64,000 bases of DNA from a virus (lineage: Duplodnaviria; Caudoviricetes). This document shows positions 47,644 to 57,260 of the stretch, in pieces (the stretch's first letter is position 1; each line of letters starts with the position of its first letter). The notes beneath the pieces were generated by a model, which saw only the letters and a list, made by a program, of their open reading frames with translations, had not been told where the DNA came from and searched no databases. The stretch spans positions 64,001 through 128,000 of the IMG/VR virus record IMGVR_UViG_2894625894_000003; one strand, written 5' to 3'. The position numbers and the translations under genes were made by a program.

Positions 47644-48975
47644 TTATTGGATAAGGGATTTGTAGGCAGTATTGATCGACTGCTGGTAGGTACTAGCCCC
47701 TCCAGCGGACCGGCCAGGGCCGGGTTGATCAATGGCTTGGGAAGCGGTTCGACTGGGGGTAAACTGAAGCCCCTGGAAGGTTTTGTCGACCGTCTGGTTG
47801 ATTACGGGTTGCGTGAGGTTCTTGATAAAGTTGTCCTCGTCGAGGACGAATTCGGCAAACCGTAGGTACTTTTCCGGATCTTTTTTAAGTTGATAAATCC
47901 GGTAGTCAAGTTCGGTCAGGATCTGGCCGTTAGGGGCTTTGTAGCGGTCATCGTAGATGTCCTTGAGCCGCTGGTTCATGGTGTCGGCCGACACATTTTT
48001 ATTTTGCAGGATTTTCTGAGCAGCCGACCGTTCACCGGCTTTGCGATTCAGCTCGGCCTGCTGAGCGGCTTTCTGACGATCCACCAGGGCTTTTTGGTCG
48101 GCCTGGATTTTGGCCCCCCACTGGCCTTCGACAAACGTAGCCTCCTCGTCGAGTTCGGTCTTGGATAGCTCCAGGCCCTTAATGTGCCGATCAATTCGGG
48201 CTGCCGGCCACTGCTGGGCTTCGGCATAGTACTTTCGGATGGCAGCGATCTTACCACTGTCCGATTTGAAATCAAGCTGAGCCACCGCTTCTTCGGCCTG
48301 TAGCAGATGGGCCATCTGGGCGGGGTCTCCCCCATTCTGGATGTAGTCCAGCACCCGTCCTACCCGTTCATTGCCGTTAACGGTTTTATCCCACTTGGAC
48401 TGGTGGCGGTGTTGCTCCTGGAGCTGGGCCAGCTCGTGATACCCGGCCTCATCCAGATCCAGTTCATCGAAACCCTGTACAGGTTGCCAGACGCCGGCAT
48501 CGATCAGCTTTTTGGCTGAGGCCTTGAACACCTGGCGGGTATAAGCATCGATTTCGGCCTGCTGATCGGCTGATAGGTTATTCCCGGCAGCTGGTGGGGC
48601 AGCAGGGGGTTCAACGACAGGGGGCGTGACAGGTGCCGGTGGGGTGGCTGGTGGCGTGTTTGGGTCAGCAGCGGGAGGTGTAGCAGCAGGTGTTGCCGGG
48701 GCCGGTGTTGGTAGTGGAACGGGAGCAAACAGATCCTCATCATCGAGGGCTGCATTGGCCGCTGAAACAGGTTGAGGGTTTAGGTTAAAGAGTTTGTTCA
48801 GATCAGGGGCTGCCCCACCGGACCCCGTAATGGGATCCGGCGTGGCCGCTGGTGTGGAAAGAGGCTCGGCAGGGACCGGCGGAGCAGCCGGCGGAGCTGG
48901 TGTGGGTGTAGGAGTAGGTTCAAACAGTTCGTCAATGAACTGGTCCTGGCGGGCCACTGTGAAGGGGAAGTCCAT
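47644..48975 (-). CDS. Putative scaffold protein
   Basis: Pro/Ala/acidic N-terminus, lies between portal and MCP; ATG 48975 (MDFPF) preferred. Confidence 0.7.
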   Translation of the reverse strand: MDFPFTVARQDQFIDELFEPTPTPTPAPPAAPPVPAEPLSTPAATPDPITGSGGAAPDLNKLFNLNPQPVSAANAALDDEDLFAPVPLPTPAPATPAATPPAADPNTPPATPPAPVTPPVVEPPAAPPAAGNNLSADQQAEIDAYTRQVFKASAKKLIDAGVWQPVQGFDELDLDEAGYHELAQLQEQHRHQSKWDKTVNGNERVGRVLDYIQNGGDPAQMAHLLQAEEAVAQLDFKSDSGKIAAIRKYYAEAQQWPAARIDRHIKGLELSKTELDEEATFVEGQWGAKIQADQKALVDRQKAAQQAELNRKAGERSAAQKILQNKNVSADTMNQRLKDIYDDRYKAPNGQILTELDYRIYQLKKDPEKYLRFAEFVLDEDNFIKNLTQPVINQTVDKTFQGLQFTPSRTASQAIDQPGPGRSAGGASTYQQSINTAYKSLIQ

Positions 48976-49068
48976 AGGATTGGGGCAAAAATATGGGGGT
49001 GAAAGGCCATTTGGGGAGTTGATCACCAAAAGCCGAATTGGTGGTATAGCCGAACCGACTAAAAATCC

Positions 49069-51834
49069 TTATTTGGATTTATCGCCCATAACACGGGCAT
49101 TCTGATTTTTCTGGGCTTGAAGGCGGGCTTGCTGGGCGAGAGTCTCCCGTTTTAGGGTCCGGTCTTTCTCCCGATTCTGGTTATCCAGCAATAGCTTTAA
49201 GCGATTGTCGTCCTGTTTGCGGGACTCCAGGTCGAGTTTGGCCTGGTCGGTCTGGGACTTCTGGTTGAACTTGTCGTACTCCAGTGCATCGGGTGTCCCT
49301 GAGTTGTCGGTATCGCCCATGGTGGCATTGTTGCGCCCCCCGAACGTACGGATGTAGGCCTGCCGTTCTTCGGAAGCCCGGTCGAGCTGGTTTTCGTTGG
49401 ACTCCCAGGTCTGCTGGTCTTTCTGGAGCTGAGCTTTCTGATCGATTTCGGCCTGCTTCTGCTCGAAGGCAGCCTGCTGGTTTTGTCGGTCTTCGTCTTC
49501 CCCCTGACGGAGTAGTTCCAGGATTCGTTCGACGGAGTTGGTCGATACCATCTCCACCCGGTCCGAAATCCGGGTTAGCATGGTATTATTTTCGATACCC
49601 AGCTGGCGGATCGTCTCCAGAATACGGCGTTCCTCCTGGGCATCGGTAACGTACACCGATAGCTGGGCCAGCAACAGATCCATCCGGTTGAGCCGCAAAA
49701 AGGCATTGGAAAAGTCACTGTTGGTAGCAGCGGCAACGATGTCTTCATTACGACATTCGACGTACTGGGCAAAGTCGAGGTCTTTCTTGAGCACCCGTTG
49801 TTTGTACTGGTAGAATCGGGTGAAGATGCTGGATGTCTGAACGTAGGAATTCTGGGTAGCCGTCTGAACGCCGGTAGCGGTCTCGTGAGCTTTGATGTCG
49901 GCCATCCGCTGGGGAGCCATACCCAGCTGTTCGAGCCCCATCTGTTTCATGTTCCGGGCCAGCTCGTAGCGGGCCAACATGCGACTGGTGGCTTCCAGGT
50001 TGATAACAGCCGGCAGCTGGCCTCCCCCGTTGGCTCCCTGGAGCTGGTGAGGCCGGGTATCGACGGGAGCCACCCGGATGGACCGGATGGATTCCATCCA
50101 TTTTTCCCAGCCATCTTCCCCACCCCAGTCCTTGATGTTAGGAATGGCATTGACATCCAGCATCATAAAGGGCAGCACCTCTTCCTCGGCAATTAGCACG
50201 GCCTGGTTCATAAACAGGTTGTGACTAATCTGGAAGGGCTTGATGCGGTCGACTACCGACTGGGACTTGGCATTGCGGTTATTAAAGACCTCACCGACTA
50301 CTGGCAGTTCACATTCGTAGAGAAAGCCGTCTGGTTTACCCTGAAACTCCAGGGGTTTGATATTCAGATACAGGGGTTTCTGGGTTGTAGCGGTTCCGAG
50401 TGGAGTGATCTTGATACCACCCCAGACCTCATTGATCCAGGTGTACTCGATGGTCGGACGACCGTCCCAGTCACTAGCCGGTTCTTCCCCGTAGAGGTTA
50501 CCCGATACTTCCCGAATATCGGCAGGCAGCACCACCGATTCATCGACAATGACCTTTTCAAAGAGGCTCGTCTGGGGATTGATCCAGCTGAGCTTACCCA
50601 GCTTTTTCTGGGATTTCCAGTAACCTTCCGTTACCTGGTAGAGGTTATTGATGTAGGCGCCGTAGTTGGAGATCTGATCGCTAACCTGGAAAAGCTCATC
50701 GTACCAACCAGGTCCGGTCGTCTGACTGACCTGGGGAAACATAGTCATCATCCAGGGATTGTTGGTCGGGATCCGGCTGGCATAGGGCAACCCGTCGGGC
50801 GACAGGTAGCTAATGTTATTACCGAACCAGTCTTTCGGTTTCCACCCACCCTGATACTGAGCCGGAAGCTGGCCGTGGAGCTCTTCCAGCTGCTTGCCAC
50901 TCATCAGGTGGCCGTAGCGGTCGATGATGTCGGACAGTGAGAGGATAAAGGTGCGACCAACATAGTTGCCCTTTTCAATTTCCCGGACTTCGGGAGACTT
51001 ATGAAAAAACGTGTGGACTGGGTTCCAGGTCTCCTGGGTGTAGCCCGTGCCGGTCAGATAGAAATGCCGGAAGCAACGGTCGGCAGCCATTTTATCCCGG
51101 AATTCGGTCTGGAATTTTTCGTCCGTACGGTAGCGTTTCCGGTTGGCCTTCATGCGGGTGTTGGCCCACTTGGCGGCTACATGCTGCCATTTGGTATCCA
51201 TGTACCGCTGAATCTCGGGAGGTGTCATGGCCTGACGAGCCTCCTGAAGCTGCTGGTCATAGGCCTGGGCTTCCTCGGCTGAGCTGAAGTCAGACCGGTT
51301 GGGATCGAGTCCCATCTGGGCCAGCTGCCGGTCGATGTTTCGATTGACCTGCTCATGGACATAATCCTTCAGCATACGGGCCTTCTCGGCTTCTCGCTGG
51401 GAGTTGATCCAGTCTCCTTCGGCTATGGCCCGAAATGTGTCGGGGTGGCTTTCCAACTCACCGCTCAGGGTGTTGATGATCTGGCCGGTAAAATCGAAAT
51501 GTTGCAGCCGGCTGGGAAGCTCGAATTTTTTCTGAACGGCTGCCAGCAGGGATACGTATTCGTTCTGGTCAACGTCTTCGTAATGGTAGCGGATAAATTC
51601 ACCGTTCCCAATCCGGTAGTTTTCCCGTAGCTGCAGGTTGTCCCAGTACTGAGCCCGTCCGACGGCTTCCAGTGCATCCAGGTTGTGGTGCTTCCAGTCC
51701 TCATTTTTCTCCGAAGCCGGTAGCATTTGTGGCGGAAAATTCCCCACCAAAGTGGGAATGCCAGACGGAATAAATGGGTGTTGAAGCAAGGTTTTAGGCG
51801 GGATAGAAAAATGATCAGGCAAGTTTACCGCCAT
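49069..51834 (-). CDS. Portal protein
   Basis: 921 aa; K..DW, YWKS.KK.G, WINEVW.G.KI, S.VD..KPFQ, G..PQR. Confidence 0.9.
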   Translation of the reverse strand: MAVNLPDHFSIPPKTLLQHPFIPSGIPTLVGNFPPQMLPASEKNEDWKHHNLDALEAVGRAQYWDNLQLRENYRIGNGEFIRYHYEDVDQNEYVSLLAAVQKKFELPSRLQHFDFTGQIINTLSGELESHPDTFRAIAEGDWINSQREAEKARMLKDYVHEQVNRNIDRQLAQMGLDPNRSDFSSAEEAQAYDQQLQEARQAMTPPEIQRYMDTKWQHVAAKWANTRMKANRKRYRTDEKFQTEFRDKMAADRCFRHFYLTGTGYTQETWNPVHTFFHKSPEVREIEKGNYVGRTFILSLSDIIDRYGHLMSGKQLEELHGQLPAQYQGGWKPKDWFGNNISYLSPDGLPYASRIPTNNPWMMTMFPQVSQTTGPGWYDELFQVSDQISNYGAYINNLYQVTEGYWKSQKKLGKLSWINPQTSLFEKVIVDESVVLPADIREVSGNLYGEEPASDWDGRPTIEYTWINEVWGGIKITPLGTATTQKPLYLNIKPLEFQGKPDGFLYECELPVVGEVFNNRNAKSQSVVDRIKPFQISHNLFMNQAVLIAEEEVLPFMMLDVNAIPNIKDWGGEDGWEKWMESIRSIRVAPVDTRPHQLQGANGGGQLPAVINLEATSRMLARYELARNMKQMGLEQLGMAPQRMADIKAHETATGVQTATQNSYVQTSSIFTRFYQYKQRVLKKDLDFAQYVECRNEDIVAAATNSDFSNAFLRLNRMDLLLAQLSVYVTDAQEERRILETIRQLGIENNTMLTRISDRVEMVSTNSVERILELLRQGEDEDRQNQQAAFEQKQAEIDQKAQLQKDQQTWESNENQLDRASEERQAYIRTFGGRNNATMGDTDNSGTPDALEYDKFNQKSQTDQAKLDLESRKQDDNRLKLLLDNQNREKDRTLKRETLAQQARLQAQKNQNARVMGDKSK

Positions 51835-51844
51835 TGACCCGGCT

Positions 51845-51897
51845 TAAAAACAAAGTACCCGTTGGACGGTAGTAGATCTACCATCTAACGGGTACTT
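51845..51897 (-). terminator. 20-bp-stem hairpin with T-tract before the portal gene
   Basis: AAGTACCCGTTAGATGGTAG...CTACCGTCCAACGGGTACTT-TGTTTTT. Confidence 0.7.
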
Positions 51898-51921
51898 GAC
51901 TGTTTTCAGAAATTTATCCGG

Positions 51922-52233
51922 TTATTCCAGAATTTGCCAGTCCTCAGCCAGCATGTCGGTTTGAGAAGCCAGCCAACCGATGACGGTGGCACCCGTGGCC
52001 GAGTACATATTTAGGTGAGGTAAGCGCGTGGCACTGCCGTCGGCCCCTCGGTTGTAGAGGCTTGTAGATACCCCTTCAATTTTGTCTTCGAGTTGGTGGA
52101 GGAATTCGCCATTCTGGGCATCCCAGACGGAGGATCCTTTTTCCAGGAAAACAAACATACGTTTCCCATTCCAACCCGCCCGGGCAATGCGGGCACCTTG
52201 TTTTGCGGCCTCCAGGGCCTTTCCAAAATTCAT
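51922..52233 (-). CDS. tad2: DUF2829 / Thoeris anti-defence Tad2-family sponge protein
   Basis: MNFGKALEA.K.G..IAR.GWNGK.MFVFL...GWLASQTDMLAEDW. Confidence 0.85.
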   Translation of the reverse strand: MNFGKALEAAKQGARIARAGWNGKRMFVFLEKGSSVWDAQNGEFLHQLEDKIEGVSTSLYNRGADGSATRLPHLNMYSATGATVIGWLASQTDMLAEDWQILE

Positions 52234-52373
52234 AGGATCTCCTCTAGGATTGAATCGATTTGAGCGTCGAGTTTATAGGCGACGGTCGTGCCGGGCGTAA
52301 TGGCCCGTTTGGCCAGGATTAATAAACGGAGCTTGAGATAAGCCTTGTACTTTTTCAGAAAAGTAGTAACCAT
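52230..52373 (-). CDS. 47-aa microprotein
   Basis: MVTTFLKKYKAYLKLRLL...ILEEIL*; ATGA-coupled to tad2. Confidence 0.5.
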   Translation of the reverse strand: MVTTFLKKYKAYLKLRLLILAKRAITPGTTVAYKLDAQIDSILEEIL

Positions 52374-52465
52374 GACAGGGTTTCGATGTAAAAGGTCAAC
52401 AAGTGGATGTAGGCTTGGAGCGCCACCGGGTGGCGGTATATCCAGCTACGAAGCCGGCTGATCAT
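52355..52465 (-). CDS. 36-aa hydrophobic microprotein
   Basis: MISRLRSWIYRHPVALQAYIHLLTFYIETLSWLLLF*; ATGA-coupled to the upstream ORF. Confidence 0.4.
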   Translation of the reverse strand: MISRLRSWIYRHPVALQAYIHLLTFYIETLSWLLLF

Positions 52466-52563
52466 ACGATAGGGGCTGGAATGAGTTTCTTCAACTGGCC
52501 CCACCCCCATTTACAGAACCTGTAGAGTAAGGGGGAAAGCCGTTGGCGGTGACACATGGGCAT
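52462..52563 (-). CDS. 33-aa microprotein
   Basis: ATG 1 nt after the previous stop; MPMCHRQRLSPLLYRFCKWGWGQLKKLIPAPIV*. Confidence 0.35.
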   Translation of the reverse strand: MPMCHRQRLSPLLYRFCKWGWGQLKKLIPAPIV

Positions 52564-52564
52564 G

Positions 52565-53299
52565 TTATCCGAAGAGATCGTCGTCCCCTACTGCTGACTG
52601 GACAGTGGGATCGACTGGTGGACCGGCTTGTGGACTCAGTTGCTGGCCCTCAGCTGCGGTAGTCTGGCTATCGGCTGGGGTAGCTGGAGCTGCCGAAGCG
52701 TTTGTCTTTTTAGCCGACTTACTGGCTGATTTAGTAGAAGGCTTGGGGGCAACTGTGACGGGTACCAAAAAATCATCCGGTTTGGTATCGGCTGGTAATT
52801 CCGTCTGGGGTTGACTGTCGGGCAAAGACACTGCAGCCGGGTCAGCTGGAGGGACCAGTGTACTAACAGGCTCCGGGGCTGGGGTCCCCTGTTTGAATAG
52901 ATCCAACACAGTATCAATGGCGGGGCGCTCCGTCTCTACCGGTATGGGTATATACGTCGATGCTGTATGGCCTGTTTCCTGTATACCTGCCTCGGGTAAA
53001 GTGCCGGTTGGGGCGGGCACGTACTGATCGTGAAATTCATCGGCCGTCTTAACCAGGTAGAATCCATCGGGATCCAGGATGACAAAGTCACCCAGCCGTA
53101 AAGCCGTTAACCCGGCTGGTGTTTTAACGACGGGTCCCAGTTCGGCATAAAACGGTACGTATTCATGACGGTAGGCAATCCGAAATACATTGCCGGTTTT
53201 GCGGTCGATGTGACCCCATTGAAGAAATTCAGGTAAGGTGTCCTCTCCCTGGTACTGGTAGGCATCTACGTACCGGGGTTTTTGAAGATAACTGAGCAT
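52565..53299 (-). CDS. Conserved phage protein (KP..V.A.Q...GD(F/Y)(V/I) family) with a low-complexity tail
   Basis: KPRYVDAYQY...KTPAG...GDFVI...F...Y. Confidence 0.6.
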   Translation of the reverse strand: MLSYLQKPRYVDAYQYQGEDTLPEFLQWGHIDRKTGNVFRIAYRHEYVPFYAELGPVVKTPAGLTALRLGDFVILDPDGFYLVKTADEFHDQYVPAPTGTLPEAGIQETGHTASTYIPIPVETERPAIDTVLDLFKQGTPAPEPVSTLVPPADPAAVSLPDSQPQTELPADTKPDDFLVPVTVAPKPSTKSASKSAKKTNASAAPATPADSQTTAAEGQQLSPQAGPPVDPTVQSAVGDDDLFG

Positions 53300-53307
53300 A
53301 AGGGTTA

Positions 53308-53640
53308 CTACATTACAGAATGATCAATCGGAAACACACCGGCCGATGACAGGTATGAATAATCAAATAGGGAATCGAAGCGGCCTGAATCCTTTCTGCC
53401 TGCGTAAAGCATACTCATGTAACTGTGTTTAGGCTTTTCAAGTAACAGGGTTCGGGTAGGATCTCTTAAACCAGGGTGGGTCCAGGCATTACATTGCTGT
53501 TTTAAAAACCAGTCACAAAATGATTCCGGTGGTTGTTTCTGGTAGTCCCTGGATTTTTCCAGTTTTTGGAGTAATCCTCTGGCTACTGCTGTTTCGTCCG
53601 GTTTAGTAGGAGCCGGACTGGGGGTCCAACCCCCGTCTAA
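53308..53640 (-). CDS. Start-less 110-codon -1 frame (frameshift extension of the 69-aa gene)
   Basis: Verified stop-free; no ATG/GTG/TTG for the first 74 codons; begins at the slippery heptamer. Confidence 0.65.
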   Translation of the reverse strand, partial: LDGGWTPSPAPTKPDETAVARGLLQKLEKSRDYQKQPPESFCDWFLKQQCNAWTHPGLRDPTRTLLLEKPKHSYMSMLYAGRKDSGRFDSLFDYSYLSSAGVFPIDHSVM

Positions 53641-53646
53641 AAAGGG
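53620..53646 (-). promoter_or_regulatory. Programmed -1 ribosomal frameshift signal
   Basis: C CCT TTT, then a 5-nt spacer (TAGAC), then the GGGGGT-TGG-ACCCCC hairpin. Confidence 0.7.
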
Positions 53647-53846
53647 CGTATTTTAATCGTTATCTGACTGAGTCGATCTTCAAACACCTCCGGGATGGCA
53701 CGGGCTATTTTAGTTTTGGCTCCATCTTCACTAATCGACAGGATTTCTGTGATGGGTACAACCACTTCTGGTTTAACGCCGGCTTTGCGTTCATCGGCAG
53801 TTGGGTAAAAGATGGCTACACCCTGGAATAATTGTTCGTTGTTCAC
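53637..53846 (-). CDS. Small phage protein ending ...IRPF
   Basis: 69 aa, GTG start. Confidence 0.75.
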   Translation of the reverse strand: MNNEQLFQGVAIFYPTADERKAGVKPEVVVPITEILSISEDGAKTKIARAIPEVFEDRLSQITIKIRPF

Positions 53847-53881
53847 GGTAAAAAATTGGTTTTAAGGTTACTACAACGTGT

Positions 53882-54370
53882 TTATTTAGATAGGATAGAG
53901 AAGTCGAACAGCTCATCGAACGCCTTCGAATACTGATTCCAGTCCTCGGGGCTCATTTTCATACCCAGGGGTTTGACCTCATTAGGCAGGGCATCCCGCT
54001 CGGGGTTAAAGTTTTCGGTTAGTTTTCGACGGAACCAGTTGATGGTCAGCGTGTCGGAATAAGACTTCCACTTTTGAAGAGTGGTTAATCGGTTGACAAC
54101 AAACAGTTCCTGGTTAAATCGGAGGATACCTTTATTGTGGTTTTCCGGTGAAATCTGGTTGATCCGGGCTGGAATGGCCTGTAGCTCGGAATCAAAGTAC
54201 TCCATCTGGTTGACGTAGTTGATTAACTCTTCAACCGAGCTGAAGTAAACCGGAATGTGACTCTCGTCGATGAGGGCTTCATTCAGGCTCTCTTCCGTAA
54301 TCTGGTCAACCAGAGCATTGAGTTCGGGGGTGTCTAAATCGGCTTGTGAAAAATTGGTACGGGCATCCAT
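53882..54370 (-). CDS. Hypothetical protein
   Basis: 162-aa acidic ORF after TerL. Confidence 0.65.
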   Translation of the reverse strand: MDARTNFSQADLDTPELNALVDQITEESLNEALIDESHIPVYFSSVEELINYVNQMEYFDSELQAIPARINQISPENHNKGILRFNQELFVVNRLTTLQKWKSYSDTLTINWFRRKLTENFNPERDALPNEVKPLGMKMSPEDWNQYSKAFDELFDFSILSK

Positions 54371-54412
54371 GCTATAGGTGGGATGAAAAAGAGTAAGAAG
54401 TATGTAAGGATC

Positions 54413-56560
54413 CTACCGGCGTCTGAAGCCGAAGGGAGACTTCCGAGAGGAGCTGGTTTTCCCGGATCCTGCTTGTCCGAGGCTCTTCTGGGGATCGAGG
54501 CCCATCCAGGCATTGGAAGGCGTTCGCTTTTGTTCCGTCACCGGTTTAGGTTCCGGTTTGAGGATGGCCATCGGGAAATACTTGTTGAGGTATTTCATGT
54601 AAGCCAGGGCGTGACCGTTACCAACGGCCCGGTCGTAGTTGCCCTTAATATTGGAGGGGTCGATGGCCAGGTACTCATCGATCAGTACCGGGTCCAGCCA
54701 GCGGGTATAACCGTAAATGATATTCTCACTGGTAACGTTACCCGAGGCATCCGTGATCTTATCGACCCGGAGTACCTCCCCGGCATATTCCACTGAAGCC
54801 CCCAGCCAGTAGGCAATGTTTCTTTCCGTAGGGGCTAATCCGTACGAAGAAGCCGCTTTCGATTTGGGATTAATAGTTTGCTGGAGGCTCCAGGTTTCCA
54901 CCAGGAATTTCTCAGCTTCCTGCCGCTCGTCGAAAAAGTTGAGGACCATGTCATTACTGACCTCGTGGAGCATCTTCCCTCCATACAGAATTAGAATCTT
55001 CCGGATGGTGTGGAAAAAAATATTAGTGGACCCTCCCGGACGAGCAACGTAACTAAGTACCATCGTATCCTGGAAGGGATCACTAATATCCTCATACCGA
55101 CGGCGGTAGAGATAAAAGGCACCTAGTGAGGGAGACGTACTGGTCGAAGCGGTGTTGTACGGGTCAAGCCCTCCCGCATGCAGATAATAGGCATCCTTAT
55201 GGCGAGGCTCCTCATACATGATGATTGCCGCATCCAGTTTATCCGATTTCTGGGTAGGATAGTTAGCAATAGGTACCTTGTTGGATAACTTCCATCCCAC
55301 ATCACCTGCCTTTTCGTCTCCAATGTAAAACAGATCGACGGCCCGTCCCTGGGGGTTTTCACGTAGCCAGTCCCGGTGTTTAGTCATTCCTTCTTTATAC
55401 TCTTCGAAGGGATTGGCCGAACTGGTGAGAAACATCTGGTCGATGGTCCGGGGTGCAAACATCTGGGCATTGTTACTGGATTTTTTGTCATCCGATTTCT
55501 CAGCTTTGGCAAACTCTTCATCCAGTACCCGGTTTGCTTTTTCAAAATCGGTTTCCTCCATGGGGAAGTTGCCCAGCTCACCCCCCGGGTTATAATCCAG
55601 TAACCCCTTTTTGACCAGGTATTCCCCTAGTGTGGTAATTTGTTTAAGATCCTGTCGATACCAGCCCCCCACAAAAAGCCCAGTCTTCTTACCATCATTG
55701 GTATACGTCCGTATATTGTTGGCTTCGGGATTAAGGTAAAAGGATTTTGCATCCTGAGACTTTTCAACGTTACCACCGGTGAAGGCCATAAACGGAGCAC
55801 TACGTAACCCATACTTTCCTTTCAGAGCCGGTATGATGGCATCGTGTGCCGAAATAAAAGGGGCCTTGGCAATTTCATCAAAAAAATACCAGGTCGTTGA
55901 TTTACCTGCCCCAACTTGGTCATTATTTCCCTCTTCGGTCAGGTAGAGGAATATACGACTCCAGATCTGTTCGGTATTGTCCTTTTGCTTGAGGCCGAAT
56001 TTCACTTCGGTCTTTGCCCAGGTCTTATCAATGGAGGGCATGTAAAAGATGTCCTCGAATACCCGACCATCTGAATCCGGGGTCAGGCTGTAATTCATGC
56101 CTACGTTGAGCTTTTTGGTAAAAGTCTCTTTGTCGGCTTTGATCGAAAACAGTCCTACTATCTCCGAGTTCCGAATCAGCTTGAGCTGCCGGCAGCACAT
56201 GGATACCATGTTGTCTGTTTTGCCGATTTGCCGGGCACCTCCAACACAAAATATCTCTTTGGCTAATCGGGCCAGGTCATATTCAGTGTGTATGATCCAG
56301 TCGTTGTCCCGCAAATTGGGACGCATAGCTAGTCGGGGTCGTCGCTCGTCATCGGTATCGACCATGAGCAAGTGGTGACACAAATGGTAATAGAGGGAAC
56401 CAACCAGTGGCACCCCATTAATATTTACCCCAATGAGGCATTTTTCGGTTTCAGCCTCTTCGAAAGCCTGCCGGTCAGGATGCCCATCCGGAGGAATATC
56501 CCCCGGTTTCATGTTTATATAAAGCTCGGGGGAATGAATATTAAATATGTCACTTTCCAT
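54413..56560 (-). CDS. terL: Terminase large subunit
   Basis: Walker A GARQIGKT, Walker B FFDEIAK, FTGG, nuclease GLDPY, NYDR; no intein or intron apparent. Confidence 0.92.
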   Translation of the reverse strand: MESDIFNIHSPELYINMKPGDIPPDGHPDRQAFEEAETEKCLIGVNINGVPLVGSLYYHLCHHLLMVDTDDERRPRLAMRPNLRDNDWIIHTEYDLARLAKEIFCVGGARQIGKTDNMVSMCCRQLKLIRNSEIVGLFSIKADKETFTKKLNVGMNYSLTPDSDGRVFEDIFYMPSIDKTWAKTEVKFGLKQKDNTEQIWSRIFLYLTEEGNNDQVGAGKSTTWYFFDEIAKAPFISAHDAIIPALKGKYGLRSAPFMAFTGGNVEKSQDAKSFYLNPEANNIRTYTNDGKKTGLFVGGWYRQDLKQITTLGEYLVKKGLLDYNPGGELGNFPMEETDFEKANRVLDEEFAKAEKSDDKKSSNNAQMFAPRTIDQMFLTSSANPFEEYKEGMTKHRDWLRENPQGRAVDLFYIGDEKAGDVGWKLSNKVPIANYPTQKSDKLDAAIIMYEEPRHKDAYYLHAGGLDPYNTASTSTSPSLGAFYLYRRRYEDISDPFQDTMVLSYVARPGGSTNIFFHTIRKILILYGGKMLHEVSNDMVLNFFDERQEAEKFLVETWSLQQTINPKSKAASSYGLAPTERNIAYWLGASVEYAGEVLRVDKITDASGNVTSENIIYGYTRWLDPVLIDEYLAIDPSNIKGNYDRAVGNGHALAYMKYLNKYFPMAILKPEPKPVTEQKRTPSNAWMGLDPQKSLGQAGSGKTSSSRKSPFGFRRR

Positions 56561-56904
56561 TAGGCCGAAGAGGAATCTGAATTAAGCAGCAACCGTTCGA
56601 CACGGGATGGGAGTTGTCCTTGCCCTCCACGAATTTCAACCACATCAGCAGCACCTTTCCGCATTTCTTCCAATTGGGGAAGCAGCTTGGTCAATTGCTC
56701 CATAGCTTTGATGTTGGCAGCAAATTGAGCCTCAATTGTGGCAATGATCGTTGGAATAGATCCCCCATTCGCTGTGGTTTTATAGGCCATTCGATCCTCC
56801 AGTTCGTGGACAGGTCTAGCTTCCAGAAATTGGATGTATTCATCCACTTTCTTTTCCAGGTATTCCAGCTCGGGCAGTGTGTAGGTGTGTTTTGCCTTAG
56901 CCAT
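56560..56904 (-). CDS. Protein upstream of TerL (candidate small terminase)
   Basis: 114-aa helical protein, coupled to terL. Confidence 0.5.
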   Translation of the reverse strand: MAKAKHTYTLPELEYLEKKVDEYIQFLEARPVHELEDRMAYKTTANGGSIPTIIATIEAQFAANIKAMEQLTKLLPQLEEMRKGAADVVEIRGGQGQLPSRVERLLLNSDSSSA

Positions 56905-56915
56905 AACCGAGGAGC

Positions 56916-57233
56916 CTAGTAGTTAGTCGTCTCCGGGAAGAGATCGGAATAGGTCTTTTCCATCGAAGGGCGGGGCACTTGTGGTGATTCGCCTGGCAAT
57001 CCGAATAGCTGGACCAGAATATGATCAGCCGCTTGCCGGCGGGTTTTATCCTGCCCTTTTCGAAAGGCGGTCCCACACATGACCCGTTTAAGGCCCATTG
57101 TTGTCTGGGGCAGTCGAGAGGTGTAAATCATTAGACCGAATTCATCCATCCAGGCATCTTTATCCTCCAGATAGGTAAATCCAAAGGCCTGGAGGAGCTC
57201 CGTGGTTAAGGGAACATCGTGTAGGTTTTCCAT
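56916..57233 (-). CDS. Hypothetical protein
   Basis: VPLTTELLQAFGF motif, common in Bacteroidota phages (recalled). Confidence 0.6.
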   Translation of the reverse strand: MENLHDVPLTTELLQAFGFTYLEDKDAWMDEFGLMIYTSRLPQTTMGLKRVMCGTAFRKGQDKTRRQAADHILVQLFGLPGESPQVPRPSMEKTYSDLFPETTNY

Positions 57234-57260
57234 CTGAAAACTGTCGGGGTGAAGGGTGTA

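Noticed and set aside
43759-51630. Long plus-strand ORFs (e.g. 45398..46240, 50221..50940, 44717..45394)
   Set aside because: Antisense shadows of codon-biased capsid and portal genes; no recognisable motifs
54413-56560. Intein or intron in TerL (and in portal or MCP)
   Set aside because: Lengths are normal, frames are continuous and no splice or homing motifs were seen
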